Shown: positions 35,615 through 45,326 of the stretch, piece after piece
Position numbering within the stretch: the first letter of the stretch is position 1
Layout: every line of letters starts with the position of its first letter
Assembly (NCBI GenBank): GCA_021787335.1
Contig: JAJYMC010000049.1
Coordinates: 14,053-78,052 of the forward strand
Length of the DNA: 64,000 bases
From: Bacillota bacterium
GTDB taxonomy: Bacteria; Bacillota; Sulfobacillia; JAJYWN01; JAJZPE01
Reading direction: 5' to 3'
Translations under genes and position numbers: made by a program
Notes under the pieces: model-generated
The model's database searches: none
Told to the model about the DNA's origin: nothing
What the model saw: only the letters and a program-made list of their open reading frames with translations

Positions 35615-35872
35615 AGCTGTCACCGGCGAGGACGGGGAGAAGTACGCCGCCAGCCATCCTTCAGGGAGAAGGCGCCATGGACTGCAAGCGCCTTCAGGAC
35701 TGGCCCGGCCGAAATTCGCCCCCGAGCTTCTGGGTTGAAGGGCCGCGCGGCCTGGTAGGCTCAGACGGATTTCCCCCGTTAGCGGGAATGGATATCGTTC
35801 GGTATCCACCCGGGTGGTTCGCGGAAGCATGGGCTTTCGTCCTAGGGACGGGGGCTCTTTCCTTTTTTCGGG
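35615..35872 (+). promoter_or_regulatory. Probable T-box riboswitch leader of pheS-pheT (Phe UUC candidate)
   Basis: T-box-like CCGGGTGGTTCGCGG at 35808-35823, followed by a GU-rich terminator gggctttcgtcc/ggacgggggctc + tttccttttttc. GGGAGAAGG near the 5' end; TTC in a candidate specifier region. Confidence 0.5.
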
Positions 35873-35932
35873 GTTTCTTCACCGAAGCTGGGGTCACGGG
35901 ACCTCGGCTGCTCAACGGGGAGGCAACGAGAT

Positions 35933-36956
35933 GCGCGAGGAACTCAAGCGGTTGAAGGACGAGGCCCTGGCGGCCATCGAAGAGACGGCCACGGCCGCCG
36001 GCCTGCAGGACCTGAGGGTCAGGTACCTCGGGAAGAAGGGCGCCTTGACGGGCATCCTGCGCGGGATGGGAACCGTCCCGGCCGACGAGCGGCCGGCCCT
36101 CGGCCAGCTCGCCAACGAGGCGCGCGACGCCATCGAGGCCCGCCTGACCGACCGGGCGGCGGCCCTGGAGTCGACCGAGCTCGACGCCCGCCTGGGGGCC
36201 GAGAAGGTCGACCTGACCCTGCCCGGGACCTGGCTGCCGCGGGGCTCCGAGCACCCGATGTCCCAGGTCACCGAAGAGGTCAAGGCCATCTTCACGAACA
36301 TGGGCTTCCAGGTCGTCGACGGGCCCGAGGTCGAGACGGATTATTACAACTTCGAGGCCCTGAACATCCCCAAGGACCACCCGGCCCGCGACACGCAGGA
36401 TTCCTTCTTCATCAACCCGGAGATCCTCTTGCGCACGCAGACCTCGCCGGTGCAGATACGGACGATGGAGAAGATGACCCCGCGCCTGCCGGTACGGATC
36501 ATCACCATCGGCCGGGTCTATCGCCGCGACGAGTCTGACCCGACCCACGGCTCGGTCTTCCACCAGCTCGAGGGGCTCGTCGTCGACCGCGGCATTACCA
36601 TGGGCGACCTCAAGGGGACGCTGACCCTGATGGCCCGCAGCCTCTTCGGCGAGGGCGTCCGCATCCGCCTGCGCCCGAGCTACTTCCCGTTCACCGAGCC
36701 GAGCGCCGAGACCGACGTCTCGTGCCCGGTCTGCGACGGCGCCGGCTGCCGCGTTTGCAAGGGCAGTGGCTGGATCGAGCTGGGCGGCTCGGGGATGGTC
36801 CACCCGCGCGTGCTGACCGCTGGCGGGTACGACCCCGAGGTCGTCTCCGGCTTCGCCTGGGGGTTCGGGATCGAGCGGATGACGATGCGCAAGTATGGCA
36901 TCGAGGACCTCCGGCACCTTTACTCCAACGACGTGCGCTTCCTGCGCCAGTTCTGA
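35933..36956 (+). CDS. pheS: Phenylalanine--tRNA ligase alpha subunit (with Cys4 insertion CPVCDGAGCRVC)
   Basis: Class II motifs (FRPSYFPFTEPSAE, GFAWGFGIERM). ATG 35933 after GGAGG. Confidence 0.95.
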
Positions 36957-36971
36957 CGGGAGGAAGAACCG

Positions 36972-39518
36972 ATGCCGATGCTCGTCTCCTACCAATGGCT
37001 CAACGAACTGGTTCCCGTCGGCGATATCGCCCCCGATGAACTGGCCAGCCGGCTGACCATGGCCGGGGTGACCGTCGAGAAGGTCGTCCCGGCCGACCAG
37101 GGCGTCCGCGGCGTGGTCGTCGGCGAGGTCAAGGCCATCGAGAAGCACCCGCAGGCCGACAAGCTCTGGGTGACCACGGTCGACGTGGCCGCGGCCGACG
37201 GGCGTCCCCTGACCATCGTCACCGGCGCCGACAACCTGACCGTGGGCTGCCGCGTCCCGGTGGCCGTCCACGGCTCGCGGTTGCCGGGCGGGCGCAAGAT
37301 CGAGCGCTCCAAGCTCCGGGGGGTGGCCTCCGAGGGCATGCTGTGCGCCTGGACCGAGCTCATCAAGGGCGAGGGCCATGACGAGGACGAGGGCATCCTC
37401 ATCCTCTGGGCCGACGCGCCCCTGGGCGTGGATGTGGTGCCGCTCCTGGGCCTCGATGACCACGTCCTCGAACTGGACCTGACGGTCAACTACGCCTCGC
37501 ACTGCCAGAGCATGCTCGGGGTGGCCCGCGAGGTCGCCGCCGTCCTGGACCGGCCGTATCAGCCGCCGCGCGTGTACGTCAATCAGGAAGGGGTCAAGCG
37601 GGCCGTCGACCTGGTCAAGATCGAGGTCCCGGACCCGGACCTGTGCCCGGCCTACGCGGCCCGGGTCGTCACCGACATCCGCCTCGGGCCCTCGCCCGAC
37701 TGGCTGCGGCGCCGGCTTCAGCGGGCCGGCATCCGGCCAATCAATAACATCGTCGACATCACCAACTACGTGATGGTCGAATACGGACAGCCGCTCCACG
37801 CCTTCAACTACGACCAGGTGGCCGACAGCCGGGTCATCGTGCGGCGGGCGCGGCCCGGTGAGAAGCTGGTCACCCTCGACGGCGTCGAGCGTGAGCTGGA
37901 CCCGGAGATGCTGTGCATCACCGACCCCGCGAAGGTCCTCGGCCTGGCCGGGGTGATGGGCGGGCTGAACTCGGAGGTCACCGGGGCCACCCGGAACATC
38001 CTCCTCGAGTCGGCTTACTTCACGGGGAGCGGCATCCGCCGGACGTCGCGGGCCCTCGGCCTTCGCTCCGAGGCCTCGGCGCGCTTCGAGAAGGGCCTCG
38101 ACCCCAACGGCAACGTGCCCGCGGTGGACCGCGCGGCCATGCTCATCGAAGAGATGAAGGCCGGCGTGGTCGCCCCGGGCGTGGCCGAGTTCCGAGTCAA
38201 GCCGTTCCTGCCGGTGAACATCCGGCTGCGGCCGGAACGCGTCAACAGCCTGCTCGGGACGAGGCTTTCCGCCGTCGACATGGCCCGTTACCTGAAGCGC
38301 CTCGGCTTCGAGACGGACGGCGTGGCCGACGGCCGGAAACACTTCACCGTGACCGTGCCGACGCGGCGCCCCGACGTGAGCGAGGAGGTCGACCTGGTCG
38401 AGGAGGTCGCCCGGCTCTATGGCTACGATGAGATAGCCACGACCCTGCCGCAGGGGGCGATGACCAGCGGCGGCCAGCCGGTCCTCGAGGACTGGCGGGT
38501 CAGCGCGCGACGCGTCCTGGCCGGGGCCGGGCTCAACGAGATCCTCACCGACTCGCGGCAGACACCCAAGGCCCACGGGGCCTCCCGCTGGCCGGCGCCC
38601 CTTCCGATTTCGCCGGCTGAAGCGGCGGCCATCCCCGGCGGCATCCCCATCGCCAACCCGATGACCGTCGAGGAGAGCGTCCTGCGGTCCTCGCTGGTGC
38701 CGAAGATGCTCGAGGTGATGGCCTACAACACCAACCGCCGCCAGACGGACATCGGCGTGTTCGAGATCAACCGGGTGTACTGGGCCAAGCAGTGGCCCTT
38801 GACCGAGCTGCCCGTGGAGCCCTTGATGCTCTGCATCGGCGCGGTCGGGCGGTTCGCCCCGAAGACCTGGAACCGTCCGGCGGAGGAGGGCGACTTCTTC
38901 TACCTGAAGGGCCTCCTGGAGCGGCTGGCCGACGGCTTGGGCCTGCGGGCCCCGCGCCTCGCCCCGTCGAACCTGGAGACGTTGCACCCAGCCCGCCAGG
39001 CGGCCATCGTGGCCGACCTGGGAGGGGAGAGCGGAAAGAACGAGAACGGCGGCAAGAACGCTGCCGGAGCGCCCGCCGTCAGCAGCGATGCCGACATGAC
39101 GCCCATCGGTTGGCTCGGCGAGGTTCACCCGGCCGTGGCCAAGGCGTATGAACTGCCCGGCCGTCCGCTCATCCTGGAGCTGAACTTCGAACGGTTCGTG
39201 ACCCTCTCCGAGCCGCGGACATACAGGGCGCTGCCGCCGTTCCCACAGGTCGAGCGCGACCTGGCCCTGGTCGTCGGGGATGACGTCCCGGCCGAAAAGG
39301 TGGCCGAGGCCATCACGGCGGCCGGCGGCAAGCTTCTGCGGTCGGTCCGGCTGTTCGACCGCTACGCCGGCGCCCCGGTGCCCGTGGGCCAGGTCAGCCT
39401 GGCCTACTCGCTGGTCTACCAGGCCGACCGGACCCTCACCGACACCGAGGTCAACGCGGCCCACGAGAAGATCCTCGCCGCGCTGGAGAAGAAGTTCGGG
39501 GCCAAGCTGCGCGGCTGA
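36972..39518 (+). CDS. pheT: Phenylalanine--tRNA ligase beta subunit
   Basis: 848 aa; tRNA-binding, B3/B4, B5 and FDX-ACB domain order. Confidence 0.95.
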   Translation: MPMLVSYQWLNELVPVGDIAPDELASRLTMAGVTVEKVVPADQGVRGVVVGEVKAIEKHPQADKLWVTTVDVAAADGRPLTIVTGADNLTVGCRVPVAVHGSRLPGGRKIERSKLRGVASEGMLCAWTELIKGEGHDEDEGILILWADAPLGVDVVPLLGLDDHVLELDLTVNYASHCQSMLGVAREVAAVLDRPYQPPRVYVNQEGVKRAVDLVKIEVPDPDLCPAYAARVVTDIRLGPSPDWLRRRLQRAGIRPINNIVDITNYVMVEYGQPLHAFNYDQVADSRVIVRRARPGEKLVTLDGVERELDPEMLCITDPAKVLGLAGVMGGLNSEVTGATRNILLESAYFTGSGIRRTSRALGLRSEASARFEKGLDPNGNVPAVDRAAMLIEEMKAGVVAPGVAEFRVKPFLPVNIRLRPERVNSLLGTRLSAVDMARYLKRLGFETDGVADGRKHFTVTVPTRRPDVSEEVDLVEEVARLYGYDEIATTLPQGAMTSGGQPVLEDWRVSARRVLAGAGLNEILTDSRQTPKAHGASRWPAPLPISPAEAAAIPGGIPIANPMTVEESVLRSSLVPKMLEVMAYNTNRRQTDIGVFEINRVYWAKQWPLTELPVEPLMLCIGAVGRFAPKTWNRPAEEGDFFYLKGLLERLADGLGLRAPRLAPSNLETLHPARQAAIVADLGGESGKNENGGKNAAGAPAVSSDADMTPIGWLGEVHPAVAKAYELPGRPLILELNFERFVTLSEPRTYRALPPFPQVERDLALVVGDDVPAEKVAEAITAAGGKLLRSVRLFDRYAGAPVPVGQVSLAYSLVYQADRTLTDTEVNAAHEKILAALEKKFGAKLRG

Positions 39519-39559
39519 GCCTACGCGGCACCCTGGGTAGCCCTTGGGCCATCCGAAGG

Positions 39560-39610
39560 CCTCGCCCGTCGCGACACCTCGCCCGTCACGACACACCTCG
39601 CCCGTCACGG
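39560..39610 (+). repeat. Three direct repeats (CCTCGCCCGTC[G/A]CGACAC) immediately upstream of the ABC-F promoter
   Basis: cctcgcccgtcgcgacac ctcgcccgtcacgacacac ctcgcccgtcacgg, then TTGACA. Confidence 0.8.
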
Positions 39611-39611
39611 C

Positions 39612-39641
39612 TTGACAGGACGCGCCGCCCCAGGATAGAAT
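39612..39641 (+). promoter_or_regulatory. Promoter TTGACA - 18 - TAGAAT for the ABC-F gene, with a structured 5' leader of about 270 nt
   Basis: Read directly. Confidence 0.6.
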
Positions 39642-39919
39642 GCCAATGGAGCTTTGACATCGCCCGCAAGGGCGACCGACTGAAAGGAAGACCAACCATG
39701 GCGCCCAGTCCGTGCCTGATGCAGAAAGGGTTTCGAGGCTAAAGGGGTCAGTCTACCCTTTTGCCGCGGAAGCCAGTTGCATCGCACGGGAGTTGGGCGA
39801 CAGGTATCCAGGCCACAAGACCACGGACATCACCTGTCCGTGGCCTTCATGCGTCGCAGGCCCACCTCCCATGAAAGGACCCGGCCGAACCGGGTCCATC
39901 GAGCGGGGAGGTTTTTCTT

Positions 39920-41866
39920 ATGTCCATCCTGACCATCAACAATGTCAGCAAATACTACGGGGCCCAGCGAGTCCTCGATAACGTCAGCTTCGCCATCGCC
40001 CGTGGCGAGCGGGTCGGCCTGGTCGGCCGGAACGGGGTGGGGAAGACCACCCTCCTGCGCCTGATCATGGGCCAGGAGGAGCCGGACGGCGGCCAGATCA
40101 CCCTGGCCCACGGCACGCGCCTCGGCTATCTCGAACAGGAGGCCACCTTTGACCCCGAGCGGTCGCTGGCGGCCGAGGTCGGGCGGGTCTTCGACCCGCT
40201 CCGAGCCAAGGAGGCCGAGCTGCGTGCGGCCGAGGCGGAGATGGCCAGCCCCGAGGTGACCGCCGATCCGGCCCGCCTGGAGAAGGTCATGGCCCGCTAC
40301 ACGCGGCTGACCCACGAGTTCGAGGCGGCCGGCGGCTACGATTACGAGGCCGAGGTCAAGGCGACCCTGGGCGGCCTGGGCTTCGCGCCCGACGAAGGCG
40401 CCCTGCCCATGAAGGCCCTCTCGGGCGGCCAGAAGACCCGGGCCTTCCTGGCCCGCATGCTCCTGGGCCGGCCCGACGTGATGCTCCTCGACGAGCCCAC
40501 CAACCACCTGGACATCCAGGCGGCCGAGTGGCTCGAGGAGTACCTGGCCGACTTCCCGGGGTGCATCCTCATCGTCTCCCACGACCGCTATTTCCTGGAC
40601 GCCGTGGCCCAGAAGATAATCGAACTCGATGACAGCGGCGCCCGCCTTTACAGCGGCAACTTCAGTTCGTACGTGACCCAGCGTGAGGAGCGGCGGCGCC
40701 GCCAGGCCGAGGAGTTCCGGCGGCAGCAGGAAGAGATCTCCGACCTCAAAGCCTACATCCGTAAGTACAAGGCTGGCAACCGCGCGACCATGGCCAAGAG
40801 CCGCGAGAAGTGGCTGGCCCGCATCGAACCGGTGGGGCGGCCACGCACCCCGGTCTCCTTCAGGCTTCACTTCAGCGCCGGAGAGGCCGGCGGCCGCGAG
40901 GTCCTCCGTCTGCGCGGGCTGGCCAAGGCCTACCCGGGCCGCGAGCTCTTCCACGACGTCGAGGCCACGGTGATGCGCGGCGACCGGGTCTGCCTCATCG
41001 GCAAGAACGGTTGCGGCAAGACCACCCTCCTGAAGATCGCCCTCGGCCTGGTCGAGCCGGACCTGGGCAAGGCCACCTTCGGGGGCGGGGTCGAGGTCGG
41101 CTACTTCTCCCAGGACATCGACGACCTCAACGACGAGAAGACCATCCTCGACGAGATCATGGACGCCAGCGGCATGCTGCCCGCCGAAGCCCGCAACTAC
41201 CTGGGCCGCTTCCTCTTCCGCGGGGACGACGTGAACAAGGTCGTCGGGACCCTCAGCGGGGGTGAGCGAAGCCGCCTCTATCTGGCCAAGCTGGTCATGG
41301 GCGAGGCCAACACGCTGCTCCTCGACGAGCCCACCAACCACCTGGACCTGGAATCCAAGGAGGCCCTCGAAGAGGCCCTCAAGGACTACGGGGGGACGGT
41401 CATCGTCGTCAGCCACGACCGCTATTTCATCGACCGGTTGGCCACCCGCGTCTTCGAGTTCGCGAACGGCCGGATCCATCAGTACCGCGGCAACTACTCG
41501 GCCTACCGGATGGAGAAGATCAGGCAGGCTCAGGCGACGCTGGGCGGGGCGGCCCAGGCGGCGGCCCCGGGCAGGTCGGCCCCAGGGAAGTCGGCCCGGG
41601 CCGGTGCTGCCGCGCCCGGCTCCCGGAATCGGGCCCCGGCCCGCGGCGGCGCGAACAGAAGCCGCGACCGCCAGGAGAAGGACCTCGAACTGGCCATCCT
41701 GGCCCTGGAGAAAGAAAAGGAGTCGCTGGAGAAGGCCATCAGCGCCCCGGACTTCTATCGCCGGGACGGCGCCCAGGTCCGCGAGACCATGCACCGCTAT
41801 GAACAGCTCATGGTCGAGCTGGACGAGGCCTACCGGCGGTGGAGCGAGTTAGCGGGGGGCGAGTAG
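39920..41866 (+). CDS. ABC-F family ATPase (Uup/EttA-like, two ABC domains, C-terminal coiled-coil extension)
   Basis: Two Walker A/B + signature sets, no TM domain. Ala/Arg-rich linker, then a charged coiled-coil C-terminus. Confidence 0.9.
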   Translation: MSILTINNVSKYYGAQRVLDNVSFAIARGERVGLVGRNGVGKTTLLRLIMGQEEPDGGQITLAHGTRLGYLEQEATFDPERSLAAEVGRVFDPLRAKEAELRAAEAEMASPEVTADPARLEKVMARYTRLTHEFEAAGGYDYEAEVKATLGGLGFAPDEGALPMKALSGGQKTRAFLARMLLGRPDVMLLDEPTNHLDIQAAEWLEEYLADFPGCILIVSHDRYFLDAVAQKIIELDDSGARLYSGNFSSYVTQREERRRRQAEEFRRQQEEISDLKAYIRKYKAGNRATMAKSREKWLARIEPVGRPRTPVSFRLHFSAGEAGGREVLRLRGLAKAYPGRELFHDVEATVMRGDRVCLIGKNGCGKTTLLKIALGLVEPDLGKATFGGGVEVGYFSQDIDDLNDEKTILDEIMDASGMLPAEARNYLGRFLFRGDDVNKVVGTLSGGERSRLYLAKLVMGEANTLLLDEPTNHLDLESKEALEEALKDYGGTVIVVSHDRYFIDRLATRVFEFANGRIHQYRGNYSAYRMEKIRQAQATLGGAAQAAAPGRSAPGKSARAGAAAPGSRNRAPARGGANRSRDRQEKDLELAILALEKEKESLEKAISAPDFYRRDGAQVRETMHRYEQLMVELDEAYRRWSELAGGE

Positions 41867-41895
41867 GAGGCCTTGGAATTAAGTGCGCTAGTCAA

Positions 41896-41930
41896 CCCAG
41901 CACCCACATGGGGCTGGGCTTTTCTTTGCC
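41896..41930 (+). terminator. Terminator after the ABC-F gene, at the left edge of the low-GC island
   Basis: cccagc...gctggg hairpin + cttttctttgcc. Confidence 0.55.
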
Positions 41931-42043
41931 TTCCCAGTCAACATGCCTTGTAGACTGCCGGAGCATCTTATGGGGAGGGGAGGATTCCTACCCTTGGATG
42001 CTGAAAGGAAACCGGGACAGGTTGGAGGTGGATACGCACATCC

Positions 42044-45000
42044 ATGGCGACTACGTTCGCGTCCGTCACATCTGAGCTAATTGAGGCTCTGAATGACGAA
42101 ATCCGTGCCATCAAAGAAAAGGGTGGCACGGAACAGGTGGGACTACATGATGGTGAGGCGAGAGGGTCCCTTGCCGGGCGGGTTCTGTATACTTTCCTTG
42201 CCGACTCTGAGCTCAACCTGCCTTCTGACACTCCGGGGCAGCTAAAGGTCGGAAACTCGGTCTATGACGTTGAGGTTGTGAGCATAGCAGGCTTTGAGAT
42301 CACGGTGGCGGTCACCGAAGACCTTGGCTCCCGAATACCCAATGCGGCGCTGCTCTTATCCCCGTATTACCTTCTTGAAATGCTCAAAACACGTCTCGCA
42401 GAGGTCAAAGAGGGTAGAATCACGACGGATCGAGTAATGCCCTTGAGGCTCTTCGGATACGTGGGCAATGAGCCGCTAAACGGGGCAGTTGTCTCCGACA
42501 GGTGCGGCGACCTAAACCTAGTGCAGAGGCAGGCTGTGGCTAAGTGCTTAGCCCAAAGGGTTACATTCGTCTGGGGACCACCTGGAACGGGAAAGACCAG
42601 GACCATTGGAGCTCTGTCCCGCGAGCTGGTAGGGCTCGGGGAGAGGATGCTAGTAACGTCCCACACGAACGTGGCGGTTGACACGGCTCTTCTTAAGGTT
42701 ATTGATGCCATGACCGAAAGTCAGATCCTAGAAGGCACCGTTGTCCGCATAGGCCAGCCCGCCCTCGGAGATCCCCGCCTACAAGCCGTCACATTGGAGG
42801 TGGTCTCAGACCGTAAGAGTGAGCCACTTAGGCAAGAGAGGGCCCGCGTCGTGGCTCAACGCGAGCCTCTCCTGGGAGAACGGCGGGACCTTGAAGCGAA
42901 GGCGCGGTGGGTGGAAGGAATCCAGGAGCAGGTAGATGAGATTGAGAAGCTCAAAGCACAAGTCGAGGAATCGTCCAGAGCAATAGGGGAGCTCGACTCA
43001 GACGTCCAGTCAGTTGAATCTATCATAGGGGACCTGGAGGAGCGATTGACGGCCGCCGAGGCCGCTAGCTTCATCAAGAGGCTCCTTAACGGTCTATACC
43101 CGGAGCGTATCCGGAGGACGATAGAGGTTAGGCGCAGTCAGCTTGCCGACACCAAGGCGAGGAGAGCTAAGGCGGAATCGGCAAAGGTGCAGATGCTCGT
43201 CAATCTCGAGGTGGCGAACCAGAGACTCCTGCAGTTGAATGCTCATAGACCCTCAAATGGCCCGATATCACCTCTCGCTGAACTAAGGAATCAGATTGGA
43301 CGCCTTAATGAGAGCATCGGAGAACTAGACAGGCAGGTCGCAGGGATTGACAAACAGATAGCTGAAATCGTCCTGACGGTGATCCGGGAAGCCAAAGCGA
43401 TAGGAGCGACGCTCTATAGGCTAGTGCTACTGGAGGACCTCTACAAGTCGCTCTACGATACTGTAGTCGTCGACGAAGCGAGTGCAGTACCCCTCCCTAA
43501 CCTTTGGTTCGCAAGCGCTCTTGCCACCAAGCGAGTTGTTGTCACTGGGGACTTCAGGCAGTTAGGGACAATAGTGACGGCGGATGACCCCTCCGCCTAC
43601 CCTAATGCCTCCAAATGGCTGATTCCTGACGTCTTCCAGCAAGCCGGTATAGTCAGAGACGCCACGGTGGAGATCAAGGATACACGTCTTTCAGTCCTAA
43701 GGCAGCAGTATAGGATGCACCCAGACATCGGGGAGTTGGCTAACCTCCTAGTCTATCGTGCCGACGGCAATCCTCTCGACCATGTGGCCAGACCCGAAGA
43801 CTATGAATCCGCTACCCAATCCGACCCGGAGCCGGGGGCCCCCTTGGTGCTCTGCGATGTTTCTGAAGTCAACCCGTGGTGTGCTCGATTGTCACCGGGC
43901 TACAGTAGGTACAACATATATACCGCCTTGGTTGCGACCAAGTTAGCCGAAAAGGCGCTTCTAGGAGGGGCAGACCAAGTGGGCCTAGCGGCCCCCTACC
44001 GAGCCCAAGTGAAACTCCTTCAACGGCTAGTTGAGGAGCAAGGACTCGACCGGCATCGCATCGAGGTTGCTACCGTTCACAGGTTTCAGGGTAACGAGAG
44101 AAGCGTAATGATTTTCGACCTCGTTGATAGTCCCCCGTTTGACATAGGGAAACTGCTTAAGGGCGGTAGGGGTTCGGGGGCGATGAGGCTTCTCAACGTG
44201 GCTTGCACAAGGGCCAAGGGGAAGCTTGTCCTCGTGGCCCACTACGGTCACCTTACGGAGAAGCTGCCGGGGGAGGCTTCCCTGCGTACCACCCTGGAGT
44301 ACGTCAGTCGTAAGGGGCGCATTGTCGAAGGGTCTGGCGCATTACGCGACTACGGAGACCCTGCGGTCCCTCGGGCGATAAAGCTGGCCAAGCAGATGCC
44401 AGATGCGACCCTGGCAGGAATGGCCCACTACAACGAGTCGACATTCTACCCAGCTTTCCAGACAGACCTTATAAACGCGCAGAAGCAAGTCGTGCTCTTC
44501 AGCCCATTCATTTGGGAGCAACGCCTAGCGGATCTCATGCCTACGATACGGCATGTCCTTGACAGAGGTGTTGAAGTAATCCTACTAACCAGACAGCTTA
44601 AGAACTCGACCCTCTCGTCTCAGCTATCCGAAATAGGCGTTAGAGTCATCTGGAGGAGCGAACTACACGAGAAGTTGGCCTTCATAGACGGCAGGATAGC
44701 TTGGTTTGGTAGCCTCAATATCCTGTCGCAGAGCAAGTCCACTGAGCAGATGCTCCGCTTCTCTCAACAGGGAATCGTATCACACCTTCTTGAGGTATCG
44801 GGAGTCGTAGCTCTCATCTCGAGAGAGGACAGGAAAGCCCAGCAGCAAGCCAGGTTAACGGCGCTCGCGGCGGCCATATCGAGGCACATGGAGACTCCGA
44901 GATGTCCCGAGTGCGGCGCAAAGACGGAACTGCGAACCAGTAAGTACGGCCCATTCTTCGGGTGCATCAACTTCGGGACTACCGAGTGCAAAGGCATAGT

Positions 45001-45154
45001 CAACGTTCCGCAGAAGGCCCTAGAGTTAGCTGTGGAAGACCTCAAGCTGGAGTGCCCCCATCATGGCAGAACAGTGGTACTGAAGCGGGGAAGAAACGGA
45101 CTTTTCTTGGGATGCAACAGATACCCCGACTGCAAGTGGACGAGTAACCTCTAG
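42044..45154 (+). CDS. SF1 (Upf1/DNA2-like) helicase fused to a PLD-family (HKD) nuclease domain and two C-terminal topoisomerase-type C4 zinc ribbons. Candidate defence protein (Mokosh type II-like).
   Basis: Walker A GPPGTGKT (about 42575), Ia LVTSHTNVAVD, coiled-coil insert, II VVVDEASAV, III VTGDFRQLGTIV, IV LRQQYRMHPDIG, V VHRFQGNERSVMIFDLV, VI LLNVACTRAKG. HKD motif HEKLAFIDGRIAWFGSLN (about 44666). Zn ribbons CPECG...GCINFGTTEC and CPHHG...GCNRYPDC. The gene is markedly AT-richer than its flanks, with rare codons AGA/ATA/TTA. Confidence 0.85.
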   Translation: MATTFASVTSELIEALNDEIRAIKEKGGTEQVGLHDGEARGSLAGRVLYTFLADSELNLPSDTPGQLKVGNSVYDVEVVSIAGFEITVAVTEDLGSRIPNAALLLSPYYLLEMLKTRLAEVKEGRITTDRVMPLRLFGYVGNEPLNGAVVSDRCGDLNLVQRQAVAKCLAQRVTFVWGPPGTGKTRTIGALSRELVGLGERMLVTSHTNVAVDTALLKVIDAMTESQILEGTVVRIGQPALGDPRLQAVTLEVVSDRKSEPLRQERARVVAQREPLLGERRDLEAKARWVEGIQEQVDEIEKLKAQVEESSRAIGELDSDVQSVESIIGDLEERLTAAEAASFIKRLLNGLYPERIRRTIEVRRSQLADTKARRAKAESAKVQMLVNLEVANQRLLQLNAHRPSNGPISPLAELRNQIGRLNESIGELDRQVAGIDKQIAEIVLTVIREAKAIGATLYRLVLLEDLYKSLYDTVVVDEASAVPLPNLWFASALATKRVVVTGDFRQLGTIVTADDPSAYPNASKWLIPDVFQQAGIVRDATVEIKDTRLSVLRQQYRMHPDIGELANLLVYRADGNPLDHVARPEDYESATQSDPEPGAPLVLCDVSEVNPWCARLSPGYSRYNIYTALVATKLAEKALLGGADQVGLAAPYRAQVKLLQRLVEEQGLDRHRIEVATVHRFQGNERSVMIFDLVDSPPFDIGKLLKGGRGSGAMRLLNVACTRAKGKLVLVAHYGHLTEKLPGEASLRTTLEYVSRKGRIVEGSGALRDYGDPAVPRAIKLAKQMPDATLAGMAHYNESTFYPAFQTDLINAQKQVVLFSPFIWEQRLADLMPTIRHVLDRGVEVILLTRQLKNSTLSSQLSEIGVRVIWRSELHEKLAFIDGRIAWFGSLNILSQSKSTEQMLRFSQQGIVSHLLEVSGVVALISREDRKAQQQARLTALAAAISRHMETPRCPECGAKTELRTSKYGPFFGCINFGTTECKGIVNVPQKALELAVEDLKLECPHHGRTVVLKRGRNGLFLGCNRYPDCKWTSNL

Positions 45155-45326
45155 TTCCCTTTGCTTAGAAACGGACCGCGGCACCGGTGTGCCCCGCCGG
45201 CGCCTTCTTCGTTTCACCTGAAGGAATCCCGGCCGGTCCCGGGGAATCGAAGGATGGCCCGGTGGCGCCTGGCCCCCGGGGCCTGGCCAGACTGGTCCCA
45301 GACATGCCTCAGGAGGTGCCCTTCTC

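Noticed and set aside
35694-39695. 1333-aa ORF on - strand
   Set aside because: Antisense to pheS-pheT, which are unambiguous. Typical open antisense frame in GC-rich genes.
39830-41794. 654-aa ORF on - strand
   Set aside because: Antisense to the ABC-F gene; low-complexity Gly/Ala/Arg-rich translation.
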